Source of the DNA: Marsupella aquatica
Taxonomy: Eukaryota > Plantae > Marchantiophyta
Assembly: GCA_973895155.1 (NCBI GenBank)
Contig: OZ316897.1
Span: 2,929,416-2,993,415 of the forward strand
DNA length: 64,000 bases
Reading direction: 5' to 3'
Shown: piece by piece, positions 62,555 through 64,000 of the stretch
Layout: each line of letters opens with the position of its first letter
Numbering within the stretch: the stretch's first letter is position 1
Program-made: the position numbers and the translations under genes
Notes under the pieces: generated by a model
Told to the model about the DNA's origin: nothing
The model's database searches: none
What the model saw: only the letters and a program-made list of their open reading frames with translations

Positions 62555-64000
62555 CATTTTGGAAACAGACTATAAAATTTTTGGCAGAATAAAACATTAT
62601 AATGTTTGATATGGTAAACCAATAAAGTTTTTGGTTTCCTCGTTTTCTTGACCAATGTTATATTTTGCTAGCTTTTTGTCTATTTCTGTCATTCCCTTTA
62701 TACCAAGGAAATTAAAAGTAAAAGATAGAAAGGTAGAAAAGTAAAAGGTACATACTTTGTTTTTGAATCCAACTATTTCTTATTGGCTGAACTTGAAGTT
62801 CAGCTTTGTGGTGGGAGCCCAAAATGGCTCCAAACTTTTTTTCTGAGCATACGTTTTTTCCACATAAGTTTTCTCCACATATGCTTTCTCCACATACTTA
62901 TAGAGGCACACAAATATACTTTAGTCACAATATACTCATTCTAACACTCTTTAGTTTGTATGGAGTACTCAAGATCAAGACAAATTGAAGTACACAGAGT
63001 ATATTGTATTCAACACAAATGAAAGTACATTAAATGCTCCCCCCTCAATGTACGTGTGTACTTGATTCTCTCACCATTTAATGTCTTTGTCTTTTAATTA
63101 TCATAATTTCTTAATGCTTTTATATATCTCCCTTTGGGTCCATTTGGGACCAAAGTCACCTTGAAAAGGTACGATTCTTAAAGGGGCTTCCTTTTTGTTT
63201 TTGGGTGAAATTGGTTACCTCCAAAAGATTTTTAAAGGGGCTTCTTTTTTTTTAGAAAAAACGATGAGTAAGGAGCATGCCCTATGGTTGACCTCATTAT
63301 TTTATTTTCTTTGAGAATTAAAACAGATAGAGAATCAAGGGTATTTTAAAGAATGGGAAAATCAAAAAGAAAAAAAGAGACATTTTTATTTTTTGGCCCG
63401 GATGGAGGATTACTTTAAGGGGAGAAATAATAAGGGTTTAAAGAATTTTTTCTTTAATTGCTGAGAGGTTTAAGGGTATTTAAGGGAGAGATTTTCAAAA
63501 TGGTCTTTGTTTATATTTTTTTCTTGCTAGAGGGGGCAGACACTAGTTGAGTGTATCGAACAAGCTAACCCCTATTCTATCTTAGAAGTGGGGAGCGATG
63601 GATGGTTTAAGGGTCTTTTAAGGGGAGGAACAATGAAGACAAAGAATGGAGAGATTTCAGGTTTTATAAATCTTTCCTTTTTCTTGCAAGAGGGGGGTCA
63701 ACATCAAAACAAAAAATGTGTTTTTATTCCTTTTGTGGACTTCTCACTCATTTTTCAACATAGATATAGATTTTTATTTGAGTAATTCTAGAAGAATGGG
63801 TGGGTGTGCTTTTAATTAGGTTAGGTATGATATTAATTAGTCGATAATGAAATTAGGTATGACATTAATTAGGAACTTAGAGATGATTAGCATAAAAGAG
63901 AGAGTTTCTCAGTTCATTCTCCTCATTCTCTTCTCTTCTCCTCTCATTGCTTATTCTTTTGCCTTTTTGTGGCCAAAGCGACCTCATAGGCATTTGCTGG

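Overview
Eukaryotic land-plant nuclear DNA with GT-AG introns. A bryophyte/liverwort origin is only a guess from gene style. The ORF track therefore fragments real genes and lists many spurious ORFs. Apparently intact host genes: (1) a 6-exon NPF (NRT1/PTR) transporter, minus strand, 22002-26953, with an inverted pseudogene copy of its intron 1/exon 2 nearby; (2) a 2-3-exon gene with a SAP/NuSAP-like N-terminus, a KEN box and MSA-like promoter motifs (43461-45100); (3) an intronless secreted GH3 beta-glucosidase/exoglucanase (52593-54467); (4) an intronless 406-codon orphan ORF with two tandem ~80-aa repeats (59555-60775). The rest is largely nested transposon relics that can be reconstructed by hand. 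One is a >6.3-kb PIF/Harbinger element with three genes: a DDE transposase split by a 665-bp TIR element, a Myb/SANT-like+SHOCT-like ORF, and an unidentified 3-exon ORF. A second Harbinger (Plant_tran-type) transposase is split by a 3.46-kb Helitron and a foldback MITE, and its 5' end is triplicated and hit by a LINE. Also present are two non-autonomous Helitron families, a Tourist-like MITE, a large decayed multi-exon gene of unknown family (12.8-17 kb) and many tandem repeats. No rRNA, tRNA or CRISPR array was found. All family assignments come from motif recognition, not database searches.
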